A DNA stretch of 64,000 nt from Atribacterota bacterium (GCA_040767965.1 JAXGNR010000009.1:61517-125516), one strand, 5' to 3'. Numbered from the stretch's first letter, positions 41,350 to 51,176 are shown. A program made the numbers and translations. The notes: generated from the letters alone by a model not told the origin.

Positions 41350-43230
41350 ATGTCAGAAAAGAAACCCTATAATGGTAAGATCATCAGAGTAGACCTCTCC
41401 AAAGGTGAAGTCAAAACAGAAGTCTTACCAGAGCTCATCTACCGCAAGTACCTGGGAGGAGGAGCCCTGGCCAGTTACTTCTTACTTTCAGAGATGCCCA
41501 AGGGCGTAGACCCCTTAGGCCCTGAGAACATCTTAGTCTTTGCCTGCAGTCCCATTACCGGCACCACCGTCCCGGGAGCCAGCCGTTACACCGTAGCAGC
41601 CAAATCCCCTCTAACCGGAGGCTTCGGAGAAGCAGAAGCCGGAGGCTGGTGGGCCCCTGAGTTCAAATGGGCCGGCTATGATGCCATCATCATCAAAGGC
41701 ATCTCTCCCAAGCCCGTCTACCTGTGGATCAAGGATGACAAGATAGAATTACGTGATGCCTCATCCTTAACCGGTAAGACCACCGGAGAAGCCGAGCGCA
41801 TGATCCGTGAAGAACTCTCCGATGATAAGATCAGAATAGCCCAGATCGGCCCGGCCGGAGAAAAGCTGATCAACTATGCCTGCATCAGCAATGAATCCAA
41901 ACATTACAACGGCCGAGTAGGCCTGGGAGCAGTCATGGGCTCCAAGAAACTGCGGGCCATTGCCGTACGCGCCTCAGGCAAGAACACCTATCATGATGAG
42001 GCCAAGATCAAAGAGATTACCAAGGAGTTTGCCCTTGGCTGGAAACAAGTCTCCCAGGGCATGCATGATTACGGTACTGCCGGAGGAGTAGAAGGTTTGC
42101 ATGCAGCCGGCATCCTGCCTACCCGCAACTTCCGGGAAGGCCAGTTTGAAGGTGCCTCTGCCATATCGGGACCTACCATGGCCGAGACCATCTTAGTCCG
42201 CCGCGGCCACTGCTATGCCTGTCCGGTCCGCTGCAAAAGAGAAGTCAAAGTGGAAGGACGCTATGATGTGGATCCCTATTACGGAGGACCTGAATATGAG
42301 ACCATCGGTTCCCTGGGTTCTCTCTTGGGCATAGATGATCTTGAGGCCATTGCCAAAGGTAATGAGCTGTGCAACAAATACGGACTTGATACCATCTCCA
42401 CCGGCACCACCATCGCCTTTGCCATGGAATGCTTCGAAGAAGGCATCATCACCGAAAAAGACACCGACGGCATCCAGCTGAAATTCGGCAATGCTGATGC
42501 CATGTTAGAGATGATCGAAAAGATTAATAACCTGGATGGAATAGGAGCCACCTTAGCCAAAGGCGTAGCCAAAGCTGCACAAATCTTCGGCAAAGGGGCA
42601 GAGCAGTATGCCATGCATGTCAAGGGACAGGAATTTCCCATGCATGAACCAAGAGGAAAGGTCAACGTAGGATTACAGTATGCCATCTCTCCAACCGGAG
42701 CAGATCATATGGAAATGCCTCATGATCCGATGTTTGCTGATTACGGATATCCTCTGGAATCTGTGATGCCTTTAGGATTGCTTGAACCAGTTAATCCTCT
42801 GGATCTAAGTAATCAAAAAGTAAGATTTAATACTTATACTGAGAGACTCTGGAGTCTGTACAACTGTATTTGTTTATGTATGTTTACCGGTGCACCAAGT
42901 GGAGCTTTGAGCCTTAAAAACCTGGTTTCTTTGGTAGAAGCAGTAACCGGCTGGAATACCAGCTTATTTGAACTGATCAAGATTGGTGAAAAATCTCAGA
43001 CCATGGCCCGCTGCTTCAACAACAGAGAAGGATTCACCAAAGAAGATGATAAATTACCGGATCGTATCTTCAAGGCCTTTACCAGCGGCCCCTTAAAAGA
43101 CAAGGCCATTGATAAAGAAGAATTCAACCAGGCCCTTCAAACCTACTATGCCATGCAGGGCTGGGATGAAAATGGAGTTCCGACCAAAGCCAAGCTGGCA
43201 GAGCTGGATCTGGAATGGATTGAATGCTGA
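41350..43230 (+). CDS. aor: Aldehyde:ferredoxin oxidoreductase family (tungstopterin) enzyme
   Basis: KSPLTG, IGPAGE, GRVGLGAVMGSK, CYACPVRC, EYET, GLDTIS, YY..GWD. Confidence 0.93.
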   Translation: MSEKKPYNGKIIRVDLSKGEVKTEVLPELIYRKYLGGGALASYFLLSEMPKGVDPLGPENILVFACSPITGTTVPGASRYTVAAKSPLTGGFGEAEAGGWWAPEFKWAGYDAIIIKGISPKPVYLWIKDDKIELRDASSLTGKTTGEAERMIREELSDDKIRIAQIGPAGEKLINYACISNESKHYNGRVGLGAVMGSKKLRAIAVRASGKNTYHDEAKIKEITKEFALGWKQVSQGMHDYGTAGGVEGLHAAGILPTRNFREGQFEGASAISGPTMAETILVRRGHCYACPVRCKREVKVEGRYDVDPYYGGPEYETIGSLGSLLGIDDLEAIAKGNELCNKYGLDTISTGTTIAFAMECFEEGIITEKDTDGIQLKFGNADAMLEMIEKINNLDGIGATLAKGVAKAAQIFGKGAEQYAMHVKGQEFPMHEPRGKVNVGLQYAISPTGADHMEMPHDPMFADYGYPLESVMPLGLLEPVNPLDLSNQKVRFNTYTERLWSLYNCICLCMFTGAPSGALSLKNLVSLVEAVTGWNTSLFELIKIGEKSQTMARCFNNREGFTKEDDKLPDRIFKAFTSGPLKDKAIDKEEFNQALQTYYAMQGWDENGVPTKAKLAELDLEWIEC

Positions 43231-43267
43231 TTATTGTTAGCTAAAAAAGAATAAAGATAACAAAGAT

Positions 43268-43309
43268 AACAAAAGATATCCACGGATAAAAACGTGGATA
43301 CCTTTTGTT
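43268..43309 (+). terminator. Intrinsic terminator after aor
   Basis: aacaaaaga-tatccacg ... cgtggata-ccttttgtt. Confidence 0.7.
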
Positions 43310-43357
43310 AAATACTATAAAAAATAATAATTATATTTTTCATTCAAGGAATAATTT

Positions 43358-43714
43358 TTGAATAAAAAAAGTTTTAGAAATTATTTTCTATTGATAATTT
43401 GCTTTGGAATATTGTCCGGGACTTATTTTTTGATTGCTGAGTTAACAAAAAAAGATCAGGAAAATGTATTTCTATTTTCTTGCCCGGATGGTCCGGTAGT
43501 TCAAATTAATTATAATGAGAAAGGCGATTCAGCAATATTAACAATTGGAAAAAAGGATTACCATTTAAATAGGACAATAAGCGCTTCCGGAGCCCGTTAT
43601 ACCGATAATGAAGAAACAGTTATTTTCTGGGAGCATCAGGGAGAAGCAATGATAGAAATAGAAAATAAAGTCATTTTCCAGCATTGTATTCTGTTGAATA
43701 AAAATGAACAATGA
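43358..43714 (+). CDS. MliC/PliC-family lysozyme inhibitor-like protein
   Basis: Two Cys, SASGARY, FWEHQGEA; N-terminal TM. Confidence 0.82.
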   Translation: MNKKSFRNYFLLIICFGILSGTYFLIAELTKKDQENVFLFSCPDGPVVQINYNEKGDSAILTIGKKDYHLNRTISASGARYTDNEETVIFWEHQGEAMIEIENKVIFQHCILLNKNEQ

Positions 43715-43766
43715 AATTTAAAAAAACTTACTGATTAATTGTTTAAATTTTACTTTTCCCTTATTT

Positions 43767-45032
43767 TTATTTGCCGGCAAGTATCTTTAAGGTTTCAGTC
43801 AAAACTTGAGCACCTTTTTCAATGTCTTCCCAATCAGTCCATTCCAGCGGTGAATGACTGATACCGTTTATGCTGGGTAAAAATATCATGCCTGTTTTGG
43901 TAATTCTAGCCATATTTTGAGCATCATGAGTTGCCCCACTATTTATGAATTTGTATTTATACCCTAATTTTTCAGCGGAAACTTTTATGGATTCCATTAC
44001 TTCGGCTGACAATGGTTGAGGAGGTATGGAAATTGCTATATCATATTCTATATTTAGCTTTAAATCTTCTATTAGTTGTTTAATTTTTTCTAGCATTTTC
44101 TCTTTTAACAGATGAATATTGTCTTCTTTCTTATCTCTGATATCAACACCAATTTTTACTTTCCCCGGAATAATATTAATTCCATTAGGAGAAATATCCA
44201 GTTTTCCAACAGTAGCAACTGTAGAAGAACCTTTATTATCCCCAATTTTTTTAGCTTCCTTGTTTAGAAATTGAATAATCGAAGAGGCTGCTAACAAAGC
44301 ATCTTTTCGTAAATTCATAGGGGTTGTTCCGGCATGATTTGGTTCGCCGGTAATGGTTATGTACATCCAAAGCAGCCCGGTTATACTCTCTACAATTCCA
44401 ATTGGTATTTTTTCCTGATACAAAATTGGACCCTGCTCGATATGCAGTTCAATAAAATAAGCAATATCGCCTAAATCTTTTTTTTCAATTCCATAATAAC
44501 CAATCTCCTGCATAGTTTCTTTGAAAGTTTTACCTTCTTTATTTTTCATCTGCAAAACCTCTTCTGCAGGTAAATATCCTGTAAAAGCAGAGCTTCCTAG
44601 TAAAGTAGTTCCAAAAGCAGAGCCTTCTTCTCCCGTAAAAATGACAATTTCTAAAGGTCTTTTATTGGAAAAACTTTCTTTATTTAAACGTCTGATAGCA
44701 TCAATAGCAGTAAATACTCCTAACGCACCATCAAACTGGCCTCCATTGATAACACTATCCAGGTGTGAGCCAAACATAACTGACCCTATATTTTTAAATA
44801 GTCCTTCTTTTCTTCCAAATATATTACCAAATGAGTCAATAGATATCTGCAGTCCGCATTCTTGCATACACTGCACTGCATAATTTCTTATTTTTTTGTT
44901 TTCCAGGCTTCCGGCAATTCTAGACACTCCATTATCAGGAGATAATTGCTGATAACTGGAAACTGTGCATAATGGATTTCTGCCATACTGGCTTGAATGG
45001 ATCAGATCAGCTTTCAATCTGGAATTTATCAT
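43767..45032 (-). CDS. M20 Zn amidohydrolase (N-carbamoyl-L-amino acid/allantoate hydrolase family)
   Basis: GSHLDSV..GG.FDG, EEG, ELHIEQGP, NHAGTTPM, SGATHDA. Confidence 0.9.
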   Translation of the reverse strand: MINSRLKADLIHSSQYGRNPLCTVSSYQQLSPDNGVSRIAGSLENKKIRNYAVQCMQECGLQISIDSFGNIFGRKEGLFKNIGSVMFGSHLDSVINGGQFDGALGVFTAIDAIRRLNKESFSNKRPLEIVIFTGEEGSAFGTTLLGSSAFTGYLPAEEVLQMKNKEGKTFKETMQEIGYYGIEKKDLGDIAYFIELHIEQGPILYQEKIPIGIVESITGLLWMYITITGEPNHAGTTPMNLRKDALLAASSIIQFLNKEAKKIGDNKGSSTVATVGKLDISPNGINIIPGKVKIGVDIRDKKEDNIHLLKEKMLEKIKQLIEDLKLNIEYDIAISIPPQPLSAEVMESIKVSAEKLGYKYKFINSGATHDAQNMARITKTGMIFLPSINGISHSPLEWTDWEDIEKGAQVLTETLKILAGK

Positions 45033-45250
45033 TATAATTAACCCTCTTATTTAAAACTATCATAAAACACAGATATAATGTTAAGATATAATGCTAATGT
45101 AAATATTTTGACAATTGGCTAAACATGGTTTAATTTATTATATTTTTACCATTAATGTTATTGTTTTACAAATATTTTATAAAACAGTTAAAATTGGTTT
45201 TATAAAATATTTAATTATAAGGAAATATCTTCATTCAGGAGAAGTAAGGT

Positions 45251-45757
45251 TTGGAAGTAACAAATACAAATAGTTATTTCTCTGATCTTAAAAAAACACA
45301 AATAGTTATGATTAGAAAATTCAAAATGTCTGATATGGAAGAAATTTTAAATATATGGCTTAAGGCTTCAATTGAATCCCATTATTTTATCGAAAAGGAA
45401 TATTGGATAGATAAAAAATCTGCCATGAAAGATATTTATATCCCAAATTCAGAAACATATGTTCATGAAAGTAATGGTCAGATAGATGGATTTATTTCCT
45501 TATGTGAAGATATTCTTGCGGCAATTTTTGTCCATCCTGAACAACAGGGGCGGGGAATTGGTAAAAAATTGCTTAAAAAAGCAATGGATTTACGAGAGAA
45601 TTTAAGTTTATCAGTATATAAAGAAAATTATAAAAGTGTTGCTTTTTATGAAAAGGCTGGTTTTTATTTTGTAAAAGAAAAAATTGACAGCAATACTGGC
45701 CGTCAGGAAATAATTATGTGCTGGTCAGCAAAAAGAAGCAGAAGACATCAGAATTAA
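45251..45757 (+). CDS. GNAT N-acetyltransferase (start may be 45308)
   Basis: AIFVHPEQQGRGIGKKLL, FYEKAGF. Confidence 0.88.
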   Translation: MEVTNTNSYFSDLKKTQIVMIRKFKMSDMEEILNIWLKASIESHYFIEKEYWIDKKSAMKDIYIPNSETYVHESNGQIDGFISLCEDILAAIFVHPEQQGRGIGKKLLKKAMDLRENLSLSVYKENYKSVAFYEKAGFYFVKEKIDSNTGRQEIIMCWSAKRSRRHQN

Positions 45758-45774
45758 AATCAAATTTAAAGTTT

Positions 45775-46320
45775 TTATTTGTATTTATTGTAATTTCTGA
45801 TTTCATCCAATTTTTTACGTTTCTTATTTCTGATTTCTGTTGAAGCAGGATATCCTAATGTAATAATTAGCTCAATCTTCTTGGAAGAGGGAATTTTTAA
45901 TATACCTTTAACACCTTTTTCGTCAAACCAGCCTAAAATACAGGTTCCTAATCCTTCTTCGACTGCTTGCAGGCAAATATTTTCTACTGCAATACCAATA
46001 TCAATAGGATTAAAATGGGTATTTTTTATTTTTTCCCCTATTTTGCCAATAATTCCTGAATTTTCCACAACTACGACTATCAAGGCTGGAGCCTGTAGCG
46101 AAAAGCGATTAAAAGAAATAATTGAACTAAAAGTTTTATTAGCAATTCTATCTTTTAAAGATGGCTCATCTACTACAACAAAATACCATGGTTGAGAATT
46201 TACCGCAGATGGAGCAAGCTGAGCTGCCTGAAGACATCTTTCTATTTTTTCTCGCTCAACTGGCTTGTCCTGATAAGCCCTTACGCTCTGTCTCTTTTTA
46301 ACCAGATCCAAGAATTTCAA
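45775..46320 (-). CDS. Nitroreductase family protein
   Basis: RQSVRAY, APSAVNSQPW, GLGTCILG. Confidence 0.9.
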   Translation of the reverse strand: MKFLDLVKKRQSVRAYQDKPVEREKIERCLQAAQLAPSAVNSQPWYFVVVDEPSLKDRIANKTFSSIISFNRFSLQAPALIVVVVENSGIIGKIGEKIKNTHFNPIDIGIAVENICLQAVEEGLGTCILGWFDEKGVKGILKIPSSKKIELIITLGYPASTEIRNKKRKKLDEIRNYNKYK

Positions 46321-46586
46321 TATTTTTCCTGTCCTTCCCTAGTTACTTTTATTAAAACATATATAGTATATTCAGTATTGGAATATAGAATAAAGTAGTT
46401 AATTAATATAGTCAAGTTTAAAGTACTAAAATTATCTGAATAAATATCTGGTCTTAGTATTAAAAATTAATCTGTAATATTTATTGACAAGAGCAAATAT
46501 TTAAAATAAACTATTCGAAAGTTTTATTTTTGATATTTTTTGAAAAACATTCAAAAAAAATATAACCAAATTTTAAAGATGAGAGT

Positions 46587-48362
46587 GTGATTAAATTTAT
46601 GAATGAATCTTTTCATTTTTATGATAGACAGGTAGTTATTAAAAGCAGCAATGGCATCTGTAAAGATTGTGAAGAACTGCTAAAAAGCCAGCTATTCAAA
46701 AAAGTTCTTGAAAAGTATTTTAAATATTTAAAGAAGAAAAACTCTCCTCTTTTAGTATTATTTAATGAAATTCAAGAAACTGAATGGGAAAAAATAGTAC
46801 TGGATAGTTTTGTTTTGCTGAGTGCAGATAAAGGGATAAAAGAAATATCCCGGGAGAATTCACAATTTTCTATCTTTTTAAAAGATACTTATCTTTTTCA
46901 TCAATTTGTTGAAAGATTATATGATTTTTGGCGCCATTACGAAAGATTTTTTGTTAAATATGATTTGAAAGATCAAAGTGGATTGAAATCTTTCCAGAAA
47001 CCTTATCGCGCTTTCAATGAAACCATTGAAGAGCTAAATCATCTTGTCAGAAAAACTTATCGAAATATTTGTGAAAACATTACTGGAGATCATCCCAGGA
47101 TATATAGACAGGTGCCTGCCGGCTGTCAGGTTGGATTTATTACTACCAACATCGAATATCAGCTTCCATTAGAATATAGAGTAGTTGTTCAGGATATTCC
47201 CCTGATAACTCAAATATTAATTGAACCACCATTGATAGTTGATCCTTTGATGAATAAAAGAGAAGGGGAATTTAAAAAAATAATAACCAATCCCCTGAAA
47301 GAAGTTAAAGTAAATCCCAGGGATTGGCTCTGTTTCCCGGCAAAAGTAGGCAGCTTGATTATCTACCTCTTTTTTCATAATAAATTTATTGGATTAGGGG
47401 CAGCCCTGGCTAATCTTTTTGAACTGGTTCATGACGAAGAATTAATCAAAAAGCCAGATGCCATCTATCTTTTTGGTTTACCCCAGGGATCTTTAGAAAA
47501 ATATGGTGATTTCCCAACAGTTTTTTATGATGATGAGAAAAACGATCTTTTGGTGGCAGCTCTTCCAGCAAAAAATGAAATGGGTTATTTTGGATATATC
47601 AAAAAAATGATGCTTACTTTGCACAATGTAAAAATGATGAAAAAAGGAAGAATGCCTGTTCATGGGGCTATGGTTCGGATCTGCTTAAAAGATGGAAAAT
47701 ATGTGAATCTAGTTATCCTGGGAGATACCGGTGCAGGCAAATCTGAGTCTTTGGAGGCATTTCGGGTTTTAGCAAAAGAGCATATCAGAGATATGATAAT
47801 AATCTATGATGATATGGGTTCTCTGGAGATAAATAATAAAGGTGAAATAATTAGTTTTGGAACTGAAGTCGGAGCCTTTGTCAGATTGGATGACCTGCAG
47901 CCAGGTTATGCTTTTGGGGTAATTGATCGCTCAATTATTATGAGCCCTCAAAAGATTAATGCCAGAGCAGTTATTCCTATCACTACCTTACAAGAGGTAT
48001 TGAAAGGATACAAGGTAGACTATTTTCTCTATGCCAATAATTATGAAGATGTAGATGAAAACCGTCCAATATTTGAAGAATTCTCTAAAACAGAAGAGGC
48101 TCTTACTGTTTTTAGAACAGGAGCCAGGCTTGCCAAAGGAACAACAGCTGAAAAAGGTTTAGTGCAAAGTTATTTTGCCAATATTTTTGGCCCAGTACAA
48201 TATAAAGAACTGCATGATCAGATTGCTAAAAAGTATTTTCAAAAAATGTTTGAAAATAAAGTTATAGTAGGACAGTTAAGAACAAGGCTGGGAATTGCTG
48301 GATACGAGCAAACAGGTCCTGCTGAAGCAGCTAAAGAGCTGCTAAAGATTATGAATAATTAG
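46587..48362 (+). CDS. PEP carboxykinase-like P-loop protein
   Basis: PVHGA, GDTGAGKSE, YDD, GTEVGAFVRLDD match the PEPCK/HprK-type nucleotide and metal motifs. Confidence 0.65.
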   Translation: MIKFMNESFHFYDRQVVIKSSNGICKDCEELLKSQLFKKVLEKYFKYLKKKNSPLLVLFNEIQETEWEKIVLDSFVLLSADKGIKEISRENSQFSIFLKDTYLFHQFVERLYDFWRHYERFFVKYDLKDQSGLKSFQKPYRAFNETIEELNHLVRKTYRNICENITGDHPRIYRQVPAGCQVGFITTNIEYQLPLEYRVVVQDIPLITQILIEPPLIVDPLMNKREGEFKKIITNPLKEVKVNPRDWLCFPAKVGSLIIYLFFHNKFIGLGAALANLFELVHDEELIKKPDAIYLFGLPQGSLEKYGDFPTVFYDDEKNDLLVAALPAKNEMGYFGYIKKMMLTLHNVKMMKKGRMPVHGAMVRICLKDGKYVNLVILGDTGAGKSESLEAFRVLAKEHIRDMIIIYDDMGSLEINNKGEIISFGTEVGAFVRLDDLQPGYAFGVIDRSIIMSPQKINARAVIPITTLQEVLKGYKVDYFLYANNYEDVDENRPIFEEFSKTEEALTVFRTGARLAKGTTAEKGLVQSYFANIFGPVQYKELHDQIAKKYFQKMFENKVIVGQLRTRLGIAGYEQTGPAEAAKELLKIMNN

Positions 48363-48560
48363 AAAACATTTTCAAAAATATATTGCTTTTTTTTATTTTA
48401 GTATTCTAATAATAATAGAATAATATTTATCGTGTTTATAAAATATATTTATACTAACTTTGTTCCAGAATAAGCATCACTCATGAATTATATTAAAATC
48501 CAAAATTATTTTCAGTCTTTTTCTGTATTATTAAAGTTTTTTTAATAAAAAAGAAGCTTA

Positions 48561-48660
48561 AAGCAGAAAAAAGTAAACCATCCGAAAGGGTGGGACGCAA
48601 AGTTACGGGTCCCGATTTTCCACCCCCTCCTTGCCTGCGGGACTGCCGGACTGCCTGCTT
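48561..48660 (+). promoter_or_regulatory. GEMM-I cyclic dinucleotide riboswitch, A20 (cGAMP-type) variant
   Basis: aagca..aagtaaaccatccgaaagggtgggacgcaaagttacgggtccc..gggactgccggactgcctgctt. Confidence 0.85.
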
Positions 48661-48932
48661 ACTGCCCCGAATAGAATCTATATAAGCTGATTAATATAAA
48701 AATCAGCGGTTCTATTAACGCACCTAACATCTTAAATAATCAAACTACAACCATACTTATGAAGTAATGTATTCGATAGATTAAAATGTATTAATTTTAT
48801 TATAACCAATGTGATATACCAATAAAATTAAGCGAAATACTTTAGAAAGAAGTTAGATAGTATCAATTAAGTGCATTTGTTAAAGTTAATATTCTAAATC
48901 TTCTAAGAAAGAAGGCGATGCCATGGTTATAG

Positions 48933-49256
48933 AAAGGTTGACAAAGGCAAACTATCCGAAAGGATGGGACGCAAAGTCATGGGTCTAATATATTGTATGT
49001 TGTAATTGAAAATGCAATTTTTGCAATTGTAACCTAATCATTTTCTATTTAATTATGATTGCTTTTGTTTTCTTTGCCACTGCAAGCACTATTGCTTTTT
49101 TTGTCATTGGGCTGAGCTCTTTTTTTAATCATCGTGAGGAGTTCTTTTTTTAGTCATTGCGAATTGTTTCTTTTCTTTTGTCATTGCGAGCGACCGAAGG
49201 GAGCGAAGCAATCTCAGTTAACATACAATATTATGACTGCCAGACTTCCAACTTTT
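48933..49256 (+). promoter_or_regulatory. c-di-GMP-I riboswitch (G20) with large P2 insertion
   Basis: aaggttg..aggcaaactatccgaaaggatgggacgcaaagtcatgggtctaa ... tatgactgccagacttccaacttt. Confidence 0.82.
49070..49215 (+). repeat. Degenerating ~26-bp tandem array ending in an intact REP-like element GTCATTGCGAG...GAAGCAATCTC
   Basis: Cores at 49076, 49103, 49128, 49153 and 49180, each preceded by a T tract. Confidence 0.7.
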
Positions 49257-49327
49257 AGTATTAAATTGAACTTAAAGAAATTTTTTGTTCTGTATTTTAA
49301 TATCTAAAAGAAAGGAAGTTTTTTATT

Positions 49328-50586
49328 ATGAAAAAGATTTTAGTTATTATGGTATCTGTAGCGATTTTAGGTCTGCTCTTTGCCGGCTGTAGCAATATGC
49401 TTAATGTTACTTTACCGTCTGGAGATAATTCTTTGTCAAGATCTAACGGGGCAGTTGATATTATATATGGAATTCAAAGATCTACTGGAGATATTTATTC
49501 ATTGGATGTTGCAAATTGCAGTGCTGAATTTTTATTTTCAGTTGTAGCTCCACCTACTGGTACCGCTAAACCTAACGGGCTTGCATATGATGAATTTAGT
49601 GCACGCTGATGCTATTGTGATTATCAATACAAGCAAACTTTACTTCTGGGGCGGTGCAGAGCACTTGGCTGGTCCGATCTACTCAAAAGGTGGCAGTGTT
49701 GCCAATGGTGACTTCTACAATGGAGTTTACTACTATATTGGCGGACAGACAGATGACCTTTATGGAATTGTTGTGGTGCAGCTGGTTATATTGTAAGCGG
49801 GAATACTGCTGCAGACAAAATAGCTGATATTGCAGAATGCCCATGGCTGGACCTTTGATGGAGATATCGGTGTTCAGGATGGAGTGATTTACGGATGGGG
49901 TAGATGTGTAAATCATGTAAAATTTGAATTTTTAAATGTGATGTTGATGGGAGTAATTTTGAAGTAGCACACCAACTTATCAAGCCTCACTGCAATTAGC
50001 GTTTGGATCAGAAGGACAACTTTACGGGCACCATTCCGGCGGTAATGGTGGGAAATTTATATTATTGATATGCTGGATGGAGAAGTAACTGGCCCGATAT
50101 GCTCTCCTGGTTCTCAATATTTATTTACTGACTGCGCTCAGGATCTACCACTACAGAAGAAAAATGTTATGAATTTGAAGGTGAAACTGCCTGGGCAGCT
50201 AATGGCGAGAATCAGAGTAGTCTTCGTTATACTAATCGTGGAAACTGGGCTACTTATGTTAAATATGAAGGTGTAGAAAAAGAAGTTACCTTGTTTGCGG
50301 GTCAAAACATAGCTGTTGGCTCAGTAGTTTTCTCAGACCCAGTAGATGGTGAAATTGAAATATGTATATATCTGGAAGAACCATGGGAGTTTGAGGATGA
50401 GGAAGAGAATGTAAAGATTCAGGGTTATATATCAGCTCCATCTGGTAATCCGGCACCTGGTTTGTTCGATTGGAAAGATTATGCTGATCCTGATAGTGAT
50501 TCTTTCTGTATCACTGTACCGGAAAACAACTTCTATGGAGTACACATGTGAATGTAGGGCAATGGGTAGAGATAGAGTGTCAATAG
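49328..50586 (+). pseudogene. Lipoprotein (propeller-like region plus C-terminal beta domain), multiply frameshifted
   Basis: RBS aagga, lipobox LFAGC; track fragments at 49328, 49581, 50070 and 50291 join into one plausible protein (PNGLAYD, ANGDFYNG, FDGDI, LQLAFG, ETAWA, RGNWATY) ending ...VEIECQ*. Confidence 0.7.
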
Positions 50587-50593
50587 AATAACA

Positions 50594-50620
50594 TTGTCAC
50601 AGGGACAGTTCTTTTGACAA
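50594..50620 (+). repeat. 27-bp palindromic repeat TTGTCA-N15-TGACAA, copy 1
   Basis: ttgtcacagggacagttcttttgacaa. Confidence 0.85.
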
Positions 50621-50703
50621 TATTATTTACAAAAACAGGGGGCAGTTCTCTGCTTGGAACAAAATGAAAAAAGGATAGTTCTTGACAATGTAAGATGACT
50701 TGA

Positions 50704-50746
50704 AAAATAGGGATAGGTTTCGCATTTGGAGCCTATCCCTATTTAT
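50704..50746. terminator. Inverted repeat / terminator
   Basis: aaatagggatagg ... cctatccctattt. Confidence 0.7.
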
Positions 50747-50891
50747 TTGCAGTTATAATTTTCTGTTTTTATGCTTAAAATCAATCATTGCAAGCATAAG
50801 TGAATACATTCTTGAGCAAATTGAGCCAATTCAGTTTATAATAACTATGAACGGAAACTATCCCACTTCAATTATTACCGCATAAAGACAT

Positions 50892-51000
50892 GAGATTGCT
50901 TCTGTCACTTCGTTCCATCACACGTGACAGAAAATAAAGATAATGGCAATGACAGAAAATTTTTCTTTTTTGTTCTATAATTGACAGTATTTCTTCTTTG
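50892..51000 (-). repeat. REP-like direct repeat, left copy
   Basis: gagattgcttc...tgacagaaaataaagataatggcaatgacag...tgttctat...tatttcttctttg; matches 51793-51898. Confidence 0.82.
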
Positions 51001-51176
51001 GGTGTTTTCTAGCAGCTCGCCTTTTAGTATTCTCCAAATATTTCTTTATTTAGTATTCATATATGATATATGATAAAATAAAAGTAAACAAAATATAAGT
51101 TTAGACTTTTTGTTGAATAAAAAATTTTATTATTGATGAGTTTTTAAGATAGTATGCTGGGGGGGAGGTTCGAATT

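Noticed and set aside
41350-43230. Diversity-generating retroelement or mobile element as the cause of the AOR mosaic
   Set aside because: No reverse transcriptase, template repeat, integrase or terminal repeats in the window
48912-48930. Fluoride riboswitch-like ggcgatg
   Set aside because: Following conserved pairing and motif are absent
49070-49215. Possible CRISPR array
   Set aside because: Unit length of about 26 bp is too short for repeat plus spacer, cores are degenerate, spacers are T-rich and related, and there are no cas genes
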